From the NCBI GenBank assembly GCA_004556155.1, contig SFIM01000001.1:62949-126948 (forward strand): a stretch of DNA of 64,000 nt, written 5' to 3'. Shown piece by piece: positions 36,057 to 44,622 of the stretch. Below the pieces are notes generated by a model. The model had not been told where the DNA came from, made no database searches, and saw only the letters and a program-made list of their open reading frames with translations. The number at the start of each line of letters is the position of its first letter. Positions within the stretch are counted from its first letter, which is position 1. This DNA is from Clostridiales bacterium. Lineage in GTDB: Bacteria > Bacillota > Clostridia > Christensenellales > Aristaeellaceae. The position numbers were made by a program, and so were the translations under genes.

Positions 36057-36394
36057 CAGAACATGCCGCCCATGCCGGCAGGAGCCAGCGCGGACATGGT
36101 CTTTTCGCGGTTCTCTTCACCCTGGCGCAGCGCCTCATTGACGGCGGCCATCACCATATCCTGCAGCATTTCCACATCCTCGGGGTCAACAGCCTCGGGC
36201 TTGATGGTCAGAGAGACGATTTCGCGCTTGCCGTTTACCTTGCAGGTGACGGCGCCGCCGCCCGCGGAGGCCTCGTATTCCTTGGTTTCCAGATCGGCCT
36301 GCGCCTGCTCCATCTGCTGCTGCATTTTCTGCGCCTGACGCATCAGCTGCTGCATGTTCGGGCCGCCGAAGCCGCCAAATTGATTGCGTGCCAT
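36056..36394 (-). CDS. ybaB: nucleoid-associated protein YbaB/EbfC
   Basis: [69 protein letters not shown]. Confidence 0.95.
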   Translation of the reverse strand: MARNQFGGFGGPNMQQLMRQAQKMQQQMEQAQADLETKEYEASAGGGAVTCKVNGKREIVSLTIKPEAVDPEDVEMLQDMVMAAVNEALRQGEENREKTMSALAPAGMGGMF

Positions 36395-36458
36395 AGTATT
36401 TACCCTCCATATGCTTTCCGCGCCGCCGGGGCGGACGCGCGATGCTTTTTACCTGCAT

Positions 36459-36487
36459 ACTATACCATATTTCGCGGCTGCTTGCAA
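36459..36487 (-). promoter_or_regulatory. candidate ybaB-recR promoter
   Basis: Minus-strand TTGCAA (36482-36487), 17 nt spacer, TGG-TATAGT (36459-36464; extended -10). Confidence 0.5.
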
Positions 36488-36489
36488 TG

Positions 36490-36533
36490 CTTGCCGCAAG
36501 AAAGAAACGGCCTTGCCGCAAGAAAGAAACAGC
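36490..36533. repeat. 22-nt tandem direct repeat x2, each unit carrying the palindrome CTTGCCGCAAG
   Basis: CTTGCCGCAAGAAAGAAACGGC (36490-36511) and CTTGCCGCAAGAAAGAAACAGC (36512-36533), one mismatch. It lies exactly between the -35 boxes of the divergent ybaB and tetR promoters. Confidence 0.75.
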
Positions 36534-36541
36534 CTTTTCCC

Positions 36542-36570
36542 TTGCTTGGGATGCAAAAGCGTGATATACT
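36542..36570 (+). promoter_or_regulatory. candidate tetR-family gene promoter
   Basis: TTGCTT (36542-36547), 17 nt spacer, TATACT (36565-36570). Confidence 0.45.
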
Positions 36571-36664
36571 GTAAAATGTTCATTACGGCGGTATTTTCGG
36601 GGGAAAACGCCGGTGAAACGCATCAATTGGGCAGGTTTCAGAAAAATTCCAGGAGTTAGACAAC

Positions 36665-37276
36665 ATGGATGATACAATTCTCCGCCCGCCGCAAAAGGTT
36701 CGCTCGGAGCGGACGCAAAAGGCGCTTTATGACGCGGCGTGTACCCTGATGCACGATTACGGCTATGACTATTTGACGGTGCAGAACATCTGCAAGCTGG
36801 CCGGCGTGACCACCGGCGCGTTTTATCATCATTTTCACAGCAAGGATGATATTCTCTGCCTGTTTCTGAATAAGGGCTATGAAGCCTTTATTGAAAATCG
36901 CAACGTTTGCCTGCCCGAGGATCCGCTGGCGCGGCTGACGGAGCTGTGCGTGCTCTATGCCGCGCATAATGAATCCAACGGCGTGGAGTTTGTTTCCAAT
37001 TATTATTCTACCAAAAACAAGTCGCTCAATACCATTGGCCTTAGCCCGGAGGATATGTACGTTTCCTCCAATTACCGCGCGCGGTATGACAGCCTGATGG
37101 CGGCCAGGGAGGCCGGGCAGATTCCAGCCGATACCGATTGCGTGTCGCTCAACGAGGATATCTGCTCGCTGACGAAGGGGATCATCTTTGACTGGTGCCT
37201 CAGCAACGGCGGCTTTGATCTGACCAGCCGTATCCGGCGCATGGTGGATCGGTTTATGAGTACCTATCGCATATAA
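36665..37276 (+). CDS. TetR/AcrR-family transcriptional regulator
   Basis: RTQKALYDAACTLMHDYGYDYLTVQNICKLAGVTTGAFYHHFHSKDDIL is the canonical TetR_N HTH. Confidence 0.9.
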   Translation: MDDTILRPPQKVRSERTQKALYDAACTLMHDYGYDYLTVQNICKLAGVTTGAFYHHFHSKDDILCLFLNKGYEAFIENRNVCLPEDPLARLTELCVLYAAHNESNGVEFVSNYYSTKNKSLNTIGLSPEDMYVSSNYRARYDSLMAAREAGQIPADTDCVSLNEDICSLTKGIIFDWCLSNGGFDLTSRIRRMVDRFMSTYRI

Positions 37277-37291
37277 ATCAAATACAAAAAG

Positions 37292-37322
37292 CGCGGCCTG
37301 CGGGGAGTTCCCACAGGCCGCG
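37292..37322. terminator. bidirectional terminator
   Basis: CGCGGCCTG...CAGGCCGCG arms, with AAAAA upstream and TTCTTTT downstream. Confidence 0.7.
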
Positions 37323-37337
37323 TTCTTTTATTGCTGC

Positions 37338-38045
37338 TTATTTGTTGTCTTCCACAACGGTCAAACCGGCGATGCGGCCGTTGGCCAGGCAGTCGGCAAT
37401 GGCATTGCCGCCCAGACGGTTGGTGCCATGGAAGCCGCCGGTTACTTCGCCGGCAGCGTACAGGCCGGCGATCCAGGAGCCGTCCTCGCGCAGCACGTGG
37501 GTGTCAACATCCACGCGCACGCCGCCCATGGTGTGGTGTACGGCGGGGCTGCGGGGGCAGGCATAGTAGGGGCCGAAGTCCTCGATGAGCGCATGGGTGT
37601 TGAACACGGTGCGGCCAAATTCGGGATCATAGCCGCTGCTAACGGCCTCGTTGAACTTCTTGACGGATTCCATCAGCACGGCGGGATCCATGCCCAGCTG
37701 CTGAGCCAGCTCCTAAAGGGTATCGGCGCGGTAAACCTCGCCCGCCGCCACCAGATCGTCGATGTGCAGGCCGTAGGAGTTGTAGCCGTTCTCGTCCAGG
37801 TCGTTGTTTTGGGTGGAGGAGATGATGTAGAAGATGCCGTCGGTCTGCTTCAGGGCGGCGGCAGCCAGCACGTCGCGGCGCTCGGTCTCGTTTACATAGC
37901 GCTTGCCTTCCTTGTTGACGATATCGCCGTTGCGGCCCGCGCCCTTGCCTTCGTAGGTGCCAGCGGTATAGCCCTCGGCTGCGGCGAAGGCAGTCAGGCT
38001 CAGCACCAGGCAGAGACACAGCAGCATGGATACAAGCTTCTTCAA
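37338..38045 (-). pseudogene. remnant of an extracytoplasmic FMN-bind/FAD flavoprotein reductase (fumarate/urocanate-reductase class)
   Basis: TTG 38045 after AAGGAGG: signal peptide MKKLVSMLLCLCLVLSLTAFAAA plus the start of an FMN_bind domain (GTYEGKGAGRNGDI), fused directly to a distal FAD-domain segment (VNKEGKRYVNE...). In-frame TAG at 37713-37715 (ADTL*ELAQQLG). The C-terminus keeps HHTMGGVRVD and GEVTGGFHGTNRLGGNA. No GxGxxG FAD-binding region, so roughly 350 codons are missing. Confidence 0.8.
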
Positions 38046-38222
38046 GAGAACAACCTCCTTTTGTAAATGCACTACGTTACATAACGATTACATAATGCAT
38101 TATGCTTATCGATATCAGTATACCGTCTCTTTTATGCGATGCCAATAGCTGTTAAAAACTTCTTCACCCGGCGAATGATTACATCATAGGATGGCTCAAA
38201 CCCGAATGAAGGAGTTTTGGTT

Positions 38223-39023
38223 ATGATGCAAGCCTTTTCGCAGCTGCCGCATCCTTTGCAGGCGCTGCTTGCCACTCTTTTTACATGGGGGATAACGGCC
38301 GCAGGCGCGGCGATGGTGTTTTGCTGCAAGAACATCAGGCATGACGTATTGGATGGGCTGCTGGGCGCGTCCGCCGGGGTGATGCTGGCTGCGGCGTTCT
38401 GGTCGCTGCTGTCGCCCGCCATCGAGATGGCGCGAAAAATGGGCCGCGTGCCCTGGCTGCCCGCGTTGATTGGCCTGAGCCTAGGTGCGCTGGGGCTGTA
38501 CGCGGCCGACCGGCTGCTGCTGCGCCTGGAGCGGCGCGGCGATACGCCCTACCATACGAAAAAGCGCACGACGCTGCTGATTGCCTCCATTACGCTGCAC
38601 AACATTCCCGAGGGGCTTGCCGTCGGCGTAGCGTTCGGCTCGCTTCTGTATGGCCTGGACGGCGCGACACTAGCGGCGGCATGCATGCTGGCGCTGGGCA
38701 TCGGCATTCAGAATTTTCCTGAGGGCGCGGCCATCAGCCTGCCTTTATTACGCGATGGCGCAAGCAAGCGGCGCGCCTTTATGGCGGGCATGCTCAGCGG
38801 TGCGGTAGAGCCTATCGCCGGGGTAATTGGCGCGCTGCTGGTGCTGCGCGTGCGCGCGGCGCTGCCTTATATGTTGGCCTTTGCCGGGGGCGCGATGATC
38901 TATGTGGTGGTGGAGGAGCTGATTCCTGAGAGCCATCGCAGCGGCAAGCCTGGCAAAATTGCGCTGTTTACGCTGGCGGGATTTGCGCTGATGATGGTGC
39001 TGGATGTGGCGCTTTCAATATAA
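38223..39023 (+). CDS. zupT: ZIP-family divalent metal (zinc) transporter
   Basis: SITLHNIPEGLAVGVAF and GIGIQNFPEGAAISL metal-binding helices. GGAG RBS before ATG 38223. Confidence 0.88.
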   Translation: MMQAFSQLPHPLQALLATLFTWGITAAGAAMVFCCKNIRHDVLDGLLGASAGVMLAAAFWSLLSPAIEMARKMGRVPWLPALIGLSLGALGLYAADRLLLRLERRGDTPYHTKKRTTLLIASITLHNIPEGLAVGVAFGSLLYGLDGATLAAACMLALGIGIQNFPEGAAISLPLLRDGASKRRAFMAGMLSGAVEPIAGVIGALLVLRVRAALPYMLAFAGGAMIYVVVEELIPESHRSGKPGKIALFTLAGFALMMVLDVALSI

Positions 39024-39027
39024 AAAA

Positions 39028-39054
39028 GCCGGGAGCAGCTTGAACGCTCCCGGC
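39028..39054. terminator. bidirectional terminator (zupT / ddl convergent)
   Basis: GCCGGGAGC (39028-39036)/GCTCCCGGC (39046-39054), preceded by AAAAAA. Confidence 0.7.
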
Positions 39055-39076
39055 GAATACATCCATCGTGTTTAGT

Positions 39077-40273
39077 TTACAGCTTTCCGCCCTTTTTGCC
39101 GCCCAGTACCACGCCGTTCAGGATGTCGGAGGTGTAGGCGTAGTTGTTTTCATTCTTTTCGGCAAAGGCCTTTTCGGCGTATTCTACCAGCTTATCGATC
39201 AGCTGCGGGTAGGATACGCCGCTTTCCTGCCACAGATAGAAGGCCATGGAGCCGGGAATGGTGTTGATCTCGGTGATGTAGAGCTCGTCGTTCTTGGTGA
39301 GCATGTAGTCGATGCGCACAACGCCTTTGCAGTCCAGCGCGCGGAAAATCTGCGCCGAAAGCGATTCGATGCGGTGAATCATCTCGTCGCCCACGGGTGC
39401 GGGCATGATGCGCTTGAGCGAGGCCATGCCCTTGCTGCCGCCGCCGGTGAGGTACTTATCGGCAAAGTCCAGCAGCTCGCCGCCCGAGGTGGTGGGCATT
39501 TCGGTGACGGAGGTGCGTACCTCGCTGTCAAAGCCCAGCACGGAGCAATTGACCTCAATGGGATGCTCCAGCCCCTTTTCGATCAGCACGCGGCGATCGT
39601 AGGTGAAGGCCAGGTCGAGCGCCTCGCGCAGGCCCTCGCGGTCGTTGGCGCGGCTGACGCCGATGGAGGAGCCCAGGCACGCGGGCTTGCAGAATACGGG
39701 ATAGGGCAGCGCCTGCTCCACACGGGCGATAACGGCCTCGGGCGCGGCGCGCCACTCGCTGCGCAGGGCGAATACATCGGGCAGGATGGGATAGCCCATG
39801 CCGCGGAATACCTGCTTCATCATGATCTTATCCATGCCGATGGCCGAGCCCGCCACGCCCGTGGAGGAATAGGGGATATTGGCCAGCTCCAGCAGGCCCT
39901 GCAGCGTGCCGTCCTCGCCGTGCAGGCCGTGCATGACGGGGATTACGCAGTCCAGCTTGGTCACGGTGACGGGCACAACGCCCTTGGCGAACAGGCCCTT
40001 TTCCTGCTCGTAGCTGATCAACGCGCCCGAGCCTGCTGTCAGATCCAGCGTTACGCGGGTCAGCCCCTTGGCGTAGGGATCAAAGGGCGTATAGGTATGG
40101 ATATCCAGCAGCTTTTCGCCCGTATACCAGCGGCCGTCCTTGGCGATATAAATGGGCCAAACGTCGTATTTTTCGCGGTCGGCGGCGCGGGCCAGCTGCA
40201 CGCCGCTGATGATGGATACCTCATGCTCGCAGGTGCGGCTGCCAAAGATAACGCCCAGTTGCTTCTTTGCCAT
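39077..40273 (-). CDS. ddl: D-alanine--D-alanine ligase (long form, 398 aa)
   Basis: GVIFGSRTCEHEVSIISG..., VMHGLHGEDGTLQGLLE, GSSIGVS, EINTIPG ATP-grasp motifs. Confidence 0.92.
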   Translation of the reverse strand: MAKKQLGVIFGSRTCEHEVSIISGVQLARAADREKYDVWPIYIAKDGRWYTGEKLLDIHTYTPFDPYAKGLTRVTLDLTAGSGALISYEQEKGLFAKGVVPVTVTKLDCVIPVMHGLHGEDGTLQGLLELANIPYSSTGVAGSAIGMDKIMMKQVFRGMGYPILPDVFALRSEWRAAPEAVIARVEQALPYPVFCKPACLGSSIGVSRANDREGLREALDLAFTYDRRVLIEKGLEHPIEVNCSVLGFDSEVRTSVTEMPTTSGGELLDFADKYLTGGGSKGMASLKRIMPAPVGDEMIHRIESLSAQIFRALDCKGVVRIDYMLTKNDELYITEINTIPGSMAFYLWQESGVSYPQLIDKLVEYAEKAFAEKNENNYAYTSDILNGVVLGGKKGGKL

Positions 40274-40288
40274 AAAAATGCCTCCAGC

Positions 40289-41899
40289 TTAGTTTTCAGT
40301 ATAGTGATCAGGCAGATCGTTCTCATAGAGCACATAATCGCCCGGACGCATAAAGCCCTGAAGCCAGGTTGTAGCCTCGGAAAGGCTTGCAAACACATGC
40401 GCGTTGTCCATATTGAAGCCCGCGTCGCGCAGACCATCCTGAATGGGCAGGGTGTGCTTTTTGCCAATCAGCACGCACACGTCGGCGCTGGCGGCCATCT
40501 GATAGCCAAACTCGTGGTTGAAGGACACCTCCTGCGCACCCAGCTCCACCATGCCAGGGGTTACGATGATGCGCCGGCCGGGGAAATGGGAAAGCACATC
40601 CAGCGCGGCCTTGGCTCCGCGGGGATTGCTGTTGAACGCATCGTCGATGATCGTAACGCCGCCCGCGCTGCGCAGCAGCTGCAGACGGTGCTCCACAGGC
40701 TGAAGCTGGCTGATACCGCGCTGCAGCTGGGTATTGGACAGGCCCAGATGCCTGGCGACCGCACAGCACAAAAGGATGTTGCCGATGTTGTGCGCGCCCA
40801 GCAGCCGGGTACGGCAGGGAACGCGCGAACCATCGGCAAAGCACAGGGTGAAGTCGCTGCCCTGATCGGATACGCGCATGTCCTCGGCCCATACGTCGCC
40901 GCCCTTACGGTTGACGATGGCTTTGGGCACATGGGTGGTTTTGGCGTATAGATCGGCGCACACGCCGCCGTCATCGCTGAAGGCGGCAAAGCCGTCCGCA
41001 GGCAGGGCGCGGATAAGATCATACTTGGTATCGATGATGTTTTCCATCGTTTTGAAGGTATCCAGATGCTGAGGCCCCACGGATACCAGCACGCCGATGG
41101 TGGGGTGGATAAAGTCAGTCAGCTCCTTGATATCCTTGCGGTGGCGCGCGCCCATTTCAGCCAGGAAAACCTGATGCGCGGGCTCCAGCCGTTCGCGGAT
41201 GACCCGGGTAAGCCCCATGGGGGTGTTGAAACTGGCCGGGGTGGAGAGCACATTGTACTTTTGCGAAAGCAGGGTGTTGAGGATGACCTTAACGCTGGTT
41301 TTGCCGTAGCTGCCCGTGATGCCGATACGGATCAGAGCCTTCTGTGCATCCAGCTTGCGCTGCGCGTCGTGCATATACATGCGCTGAATGCCCTTTTCAA
41401 ACGGCAGGGCAATCAGCGCGGCCAGGGCGACCAGCAGCGGCAGCGCCATCACAAAGAGCGGGGATACCAGGCACAGCGCGACGGCGACCACGCCCAGGAT
41501 GATGTACAGGCGCTTCATGCGCGCGGTCATCACAAAGGGCTTTTTTTCTTTTGCTTTGCGCTGGCGGACGGCTACCAGATAGCCGATCAGCACGATCACC
41601 GCCGCGGCGGGCAGATAGATGGCCAGCAGGCGCAGCGGCCGGAAGGGCTCGGCGGCGTGATCGGCCGAGTAGGCCAGAAAGTAGATGCCAAAGAACAGCG
41701 CGCCCAGCACCGCAGAGGGCAGAACGGCCTTTTTCCACTGGCGGGCGACGGTCTTGAAATAGCCGTAAAACTGGTAGCTTTCCAATTGAAAATAGTGCAG
41801 CAGCCGCCGCGCGCACAGCAGCGCCGCCGCGGCGGAGGCAAGCAGGGGCAGGCTGGTGATCAGCCGGAACAGAAAGCGTGTCAAGCCGTCGTACCTCAT
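40289..41899 (-). CDS. MurF-like Mur ligase whose N-terminal domain is replaced by a ~190-aa polytopic membrane domain
   Basis: Start ATG 41899 overlaps the upstream stop (ATGA). About 4-5 TM helices, then IGITGSYGKTS (P-loop), EMGARHRKDI, LGAHNIGN, DDAFNSNPRGAKAALDVL (MurF-type) and TPGMVELG. Confidence 0.78.
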   Translation of the reverse strand: MRYDGLTRFLFRLITSLPLLASAAAALLCARRLLHYFQLESYQFYGYFKTVARQWKKAVLPSAVLGALFFGIYFLAYSADHAAEPFRPLRLLAIYLPAAAVIVLIGYLVAVRQRKAKEKKPFVMTARMKRLYIILGVVAVALCLVSPLFVMALPLLVALAALIALPFEKGIQRMYMHDAQRKLDAQKALIRIGITGSYGKTSVKVILNTLLSQKYNVLSTPASFNTPMGLTRVIRERLEPAHQVFLAEMGARHRKDIKELTDFIHPTIGVLVSVGPQHLDTFKTMENIIDTKYDLIRALPADGFAAFSDDGGVCADLYAKTTHVPKAIVNRKGGDVWAEDMRVSDQGSDFTLCFADGSRVPCRTRLLGAHNIGNILLCCAVARHLGLSNTQLQRGISQLQPVEHRLQLLRSAGGVTIIDDAFNSNPRGAKAALDVLSHFPGRRIIVTPGMVELGAQEVSFNHEFGYQMAASADVCVLIGKKHTLPIQDGLRDAGFNMDNAHVFASLSEATTWLQGFMRPGDYVLYENDLPDHYTEN

Positions 41900-42669
41900 T
41901 TCAGAAACGCCTGCACCACGCGCACAAAGCGCGGCCACTGGCGAAGATAGGCAAAGTGATCGTCATTTTCAAAGATGACAAGCCCCGCATCGGGGATTTC
42001 CTTTTCCATTTGCTGCCCCATCCACAGCGGGGTTTCGGTATCGTTTTCGCCCCATACCAGCAGCGTGGAGGCCTGCACGCGCGGCAGCAGCGGGGATAAA
42101 TCCTCGTTTACGACCTTGACGAAGGTTTTTTTCATATCCTCGCTCAGGGCGTTATAATCGGGTGAGCCGTATTTTTGCCGGAGCTCTGAAAGCAGTCGAT
42201 CCGACAGCCCCTTGAAGGGCGCGACGCGGCCCAGCGATTGACACAGTCCCTTCAGCCTTTGATAGCGCGCGGAGCGCTTTTGCTGCTCGGGCGTTTGCGG
42301 CTTTTTGATGCCCGCGCAGCCGGTAAGCACCAGGCGCTTGACAAGCTGCGGCTCATTAGCTGCCAGATACAGCGCCACGCGCCCGCCGAAGGAATGGGCG
42401 ATGATATCGCACGGGGCGATGCTCAATTGCAGGATCAGGGCCTTTACGCACGCGGCAAAATCCGCTACGCCCCAGGGCTGGGGCGGCGGGGTGGATTGCC
42501 CGTGGGCGGGAAAATCAATCACGGTAATGTGATAATCCGATTGCAGCGAATCGGCGATGGGTGCAAAGTGCTTGATTTCACAGCCCCAGCCGTGCAGCAT
42601 CAGCACGTGTCGATCACCCTGACCGTACTGCTCATAGTGCAGCGTTACGCCGCAAAGTTCCGCCTGCAT
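41896..42669 (-). CDS. alpha/beta-fold hydrolase
   Basis: VLMLHGWG (oxyanion HG), AHSFGG (GxSxG nucleophile elbow), C-terminal DDHFAY (His). Confidence 0.85.
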   Translation of the reverse strand: MQAELCGVTLHYEQYGQGDRHVLMLHGWGCEIKHFAPIADSLQSDYHITVIDFPAHGQSTPPPQPWGVADFAACVKALILQLSIAPCDIIAHSFGGRVALYLAANEPQLVKRLVLTGCAGIKKPQTPEQQKRSARYQRLKGLCQSLGRVAPFKGLSDRLLSELRQKYGSPDYNALSEDMKKTFVKVVNEDLSPLLPRVQASTLLVWGENDTETPLWMGQQMEKEIPDAGLVIFENDDHFAYLRQWPRFVRVVQAFLK

Positions 42670-42702
42670 GCGCGAGCCTCCTTTATCATAGTATAACCTA
42701 TC

Positions 42703-42713
42703 CTTGCCGCAAG
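42703..42713. promoter_or_regulatory. third copy of the CTTGCCGCAAG palindrome, in the promoter region of the hydrolase-murF-like-ddl operon
   Basis: Exact 11-mer at 42703-42713, 34 nt upstream of the hydrolase start. Overlaps a possible minus-strand TTGCGG-16-TATGAT promoter. Confidence 0.5.
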
Positions 42714-42717
42714 CAAA

Positions 42718-43236
42718 CTATGCCGTTTCATCCAGCAAAAGGATATAGCGGCACTTGTGCGTAGAGCCGGAGCAGATGTAGCGAAAGCTCTGCGGCACGG
42801 GCACGATGGATTCCAGCACGCAGCCCAGATGCTCGCAGGTTTTGCGGGATGGGGTATTGTCGGGGTCGGCGGTGATGCACACGCTGCTCAGGTTCAATTG
42901 GCGCATAAAGGGAATCAGCAGCTGGCAGGCGCGCGCGGCGTAGCCATGGCCGCGAAAGGGCTCCTCGATGCGATAGCCGATGTGCCCCAGATAATATAAC
43001 TGCGGGCTTTCGCCCAGGCGCAGGCTGATATATCCGGCGCGGCGGCGGGATCTGCGCTCCTGGATATAGAAGGTATAGCCGTCGTCTATGCCCAGGGCCG
43101 GATCATACACGTCTTCATTGCTCAGCAGCAGGGCGATCTGATCATCCCGCAGCGCAGGCCGGAAGGCGGAGAAAAAATTCCACAGCAAAACAAGCACTCC
43201 TTCACGCGGAGCACCGCGCAGACGCCATTTTACCAT
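42718..43236 (-). CDS. GNAT-family N-acetyltransferase
   Basis: HIGYRIEEPFRGHGYAARACQLLIPFM...ADPDNTPSRKTCEHLG (acetyl-CoA binding motif A). Start ambiguous (ATG 43236 or 43251); no clear RBS. Confidence 0.72.
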   Translation of the reverse strand: MVKWRLRGAPREGVLVLLWNFFSAFRPALRDDQIALLLSNEDVYDPALGIDDGYTFYIQERRSRRRAGYISLRLGESPQLYYLGHIGYRIEEPFRGHGYAARACQLLIPFMRQLNLSSVCITADPDNTPSRKTCEHLGCVLESIVPVPQSFRYICSGSTHKCRYILLLDETA

Positions 43237-43385
43237 AGAAACGCTGGGCATGCAACCAAATGCAGGAATTTTACACAGGACTTGCGCGATTTTTCCCTGT
43301 TTTATGCAAAAAGACCTTTTCAGAAACGGAAAAGTGCGGTATAATGCCATATTGTGAGAACATACGAAAACGGAGGCGCAATTCC

Positions 43386-44612
43386 ATGAAAATTCTGATT
43401 GTAAACGCGGGTTCCTCGTCCCTCAAATATCAGCTGGTCGATATGCAGGACGAAAGCGTGCTGGCCAAGGGACTGGTGGAGCGCATCGGCATTCCCGGCA
43501 GCAAGCTGACGCAGAAGTATCCCGGCAGCGACAAAAAATATGTGATCGAAATGGACATGCCCACCCATGTGGAAGCGTGCAAGAACATGCTCTCCGCCCT
43601 GACCGATGCGGAAAACGGCGTGGTCAAATCCATGGATGAAATCGGCGCGGTGGGCCATCGCGTGCTGCACGGCGGCGAAAAGTTCACCCGCTCCGTGGTG
43701 ATCGACGACGCGGTCATGGACGCCATCCGCGAGAATATCCCGCTGGGCCCGCTGCATAACCCCGCCAACCTGATGGGTATCGAGGCCTGCCAGAAGGTCA
43801 TGCCCGGCACGCCCATGGTGGCCGTGTTTGATACCGCCTTCCACCAGACCATGCCGCCCAAGGCCTTTATGTACGGCGTGCCCATGAAGTATTACACCAA
43901 TCTGCATGTTCGCCGCTACGGCTTCCATGGCACCAGCCATCGCTATGTCAGCGCCCGCGCGGCCGAGTTCCTGGGCAAGAAGGCCGAGGATCTGCGCATC
44001 ATCACCTGCCATCTGGGCAACGGTTCTTCCATGTGCGCGGTGGATCACGGCAAGTGCGTGGACACCAGCATGGGTATCACCCCGCTGGAGGGCGTCATCA
44101 TGGGTACCCGCAGCGGCAGCCTGGATCCCGCCGTGCTGCAGTTCATTATGAACAACGCAAAGGATGAAAATGGCAACCCCGAAATCAAGAACATCGATGA
44201 AATGCTGGAGATGCTCAACAAGAAGAGCGGCCTGCTGGGCCTGAGCGGCATTTCCAGCGATATGCGCGACATCGACGCTGCAGCCGATCAGGGCGACCGC
44301 AACGCCAGCATCGCCCGCGATATGCTGATCTATGGTATCCGTAAGTACATCGGCGCTTACGCTGCGGCCATGAACGGCGTGGACGTGATCGTCTTCACTG
44401 CCGGTATCGGCGAAAACGGCATCGAGATGCGCGAAAAGGTGATGGAGGGCTTCGAGTTCCTGGGCGCGAAGATCGATGTGGAAAAGAACCGCGTCAAGGG
44501 CGAGGAGCGCGATATCTCCGCCGCCGACAGCAAGGTGAAGGTGCTGGTGATCCCCACCAACGAGGAGATCGTTATCGCCCGCGATACCCTGCACCTGGTG
44601 ACTGGCAAATAA
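43386..44612 (+). CDS. ackA: acetate kinase
   Basis: MKILIVNAGSSSLKYQL...VGHRVLHGG...FDTAFHQTMP...RRYGFHGTSH...GGIGENG. Confidence 0.96.
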   Translation: MKILIVNAGSSSLKYQLVDMQDESVLAKGLVERIGIPGSKLTQKYPGSDKKYVIEMDMPTHVEACKNMLSALTDAENGVVKSMDEIGAVGHRVLHGGEKFTRSVVIDDAVMDAIRENIPLGPLHNPANLMGIEACQKVMPGTPMVAVFDTAFHQTMPPKAFMYGVPMKYYTNLHVRRYGFHGTSHRYVSARAAEFLGKKAEDLRIITCHLGNGSSMCAVDHGKCVDTSMGITPLEGVIMGTRSGSLDPAVLQFIMNNAKDENGNPEIKNIDEMLEMLNKKSGLLGLSGISSDMRDIDAAADQGDRNASIARDMLIYGIRKYIGAYAAAMNGVDVIVFTAGIGENGIEMREKVMEGFEFLGAKIDVEKNRVKGEERDISAADSKVKVLVIPTNEEIVIARDTLHLVTGK

Positions 44613-44622
44613 GGATAGCGGC

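Noticed and set aside
36490-36533. Possible CRISPR or mini-array
   Set aside because: There are only two directly abutting 22-nt units with no spacers, and no cas genes. The location between two -35 boxes fits an operator.
38075-38103. Zur box upstream of the ZIP transporter
   Set aside because: The sequence does not match the Firmicute Zur consensus (TCGTAAT-N-ATTACGA) closely enough by eye. I kept it only as generic operator-like symmetry.
39068-40951. 627-aa plus-strand ORF
   Set aside because: It is antisense to ddl and the MurF-like gene, both of which carry diagnostic motifs. Composition is typical of antisense artefacts.
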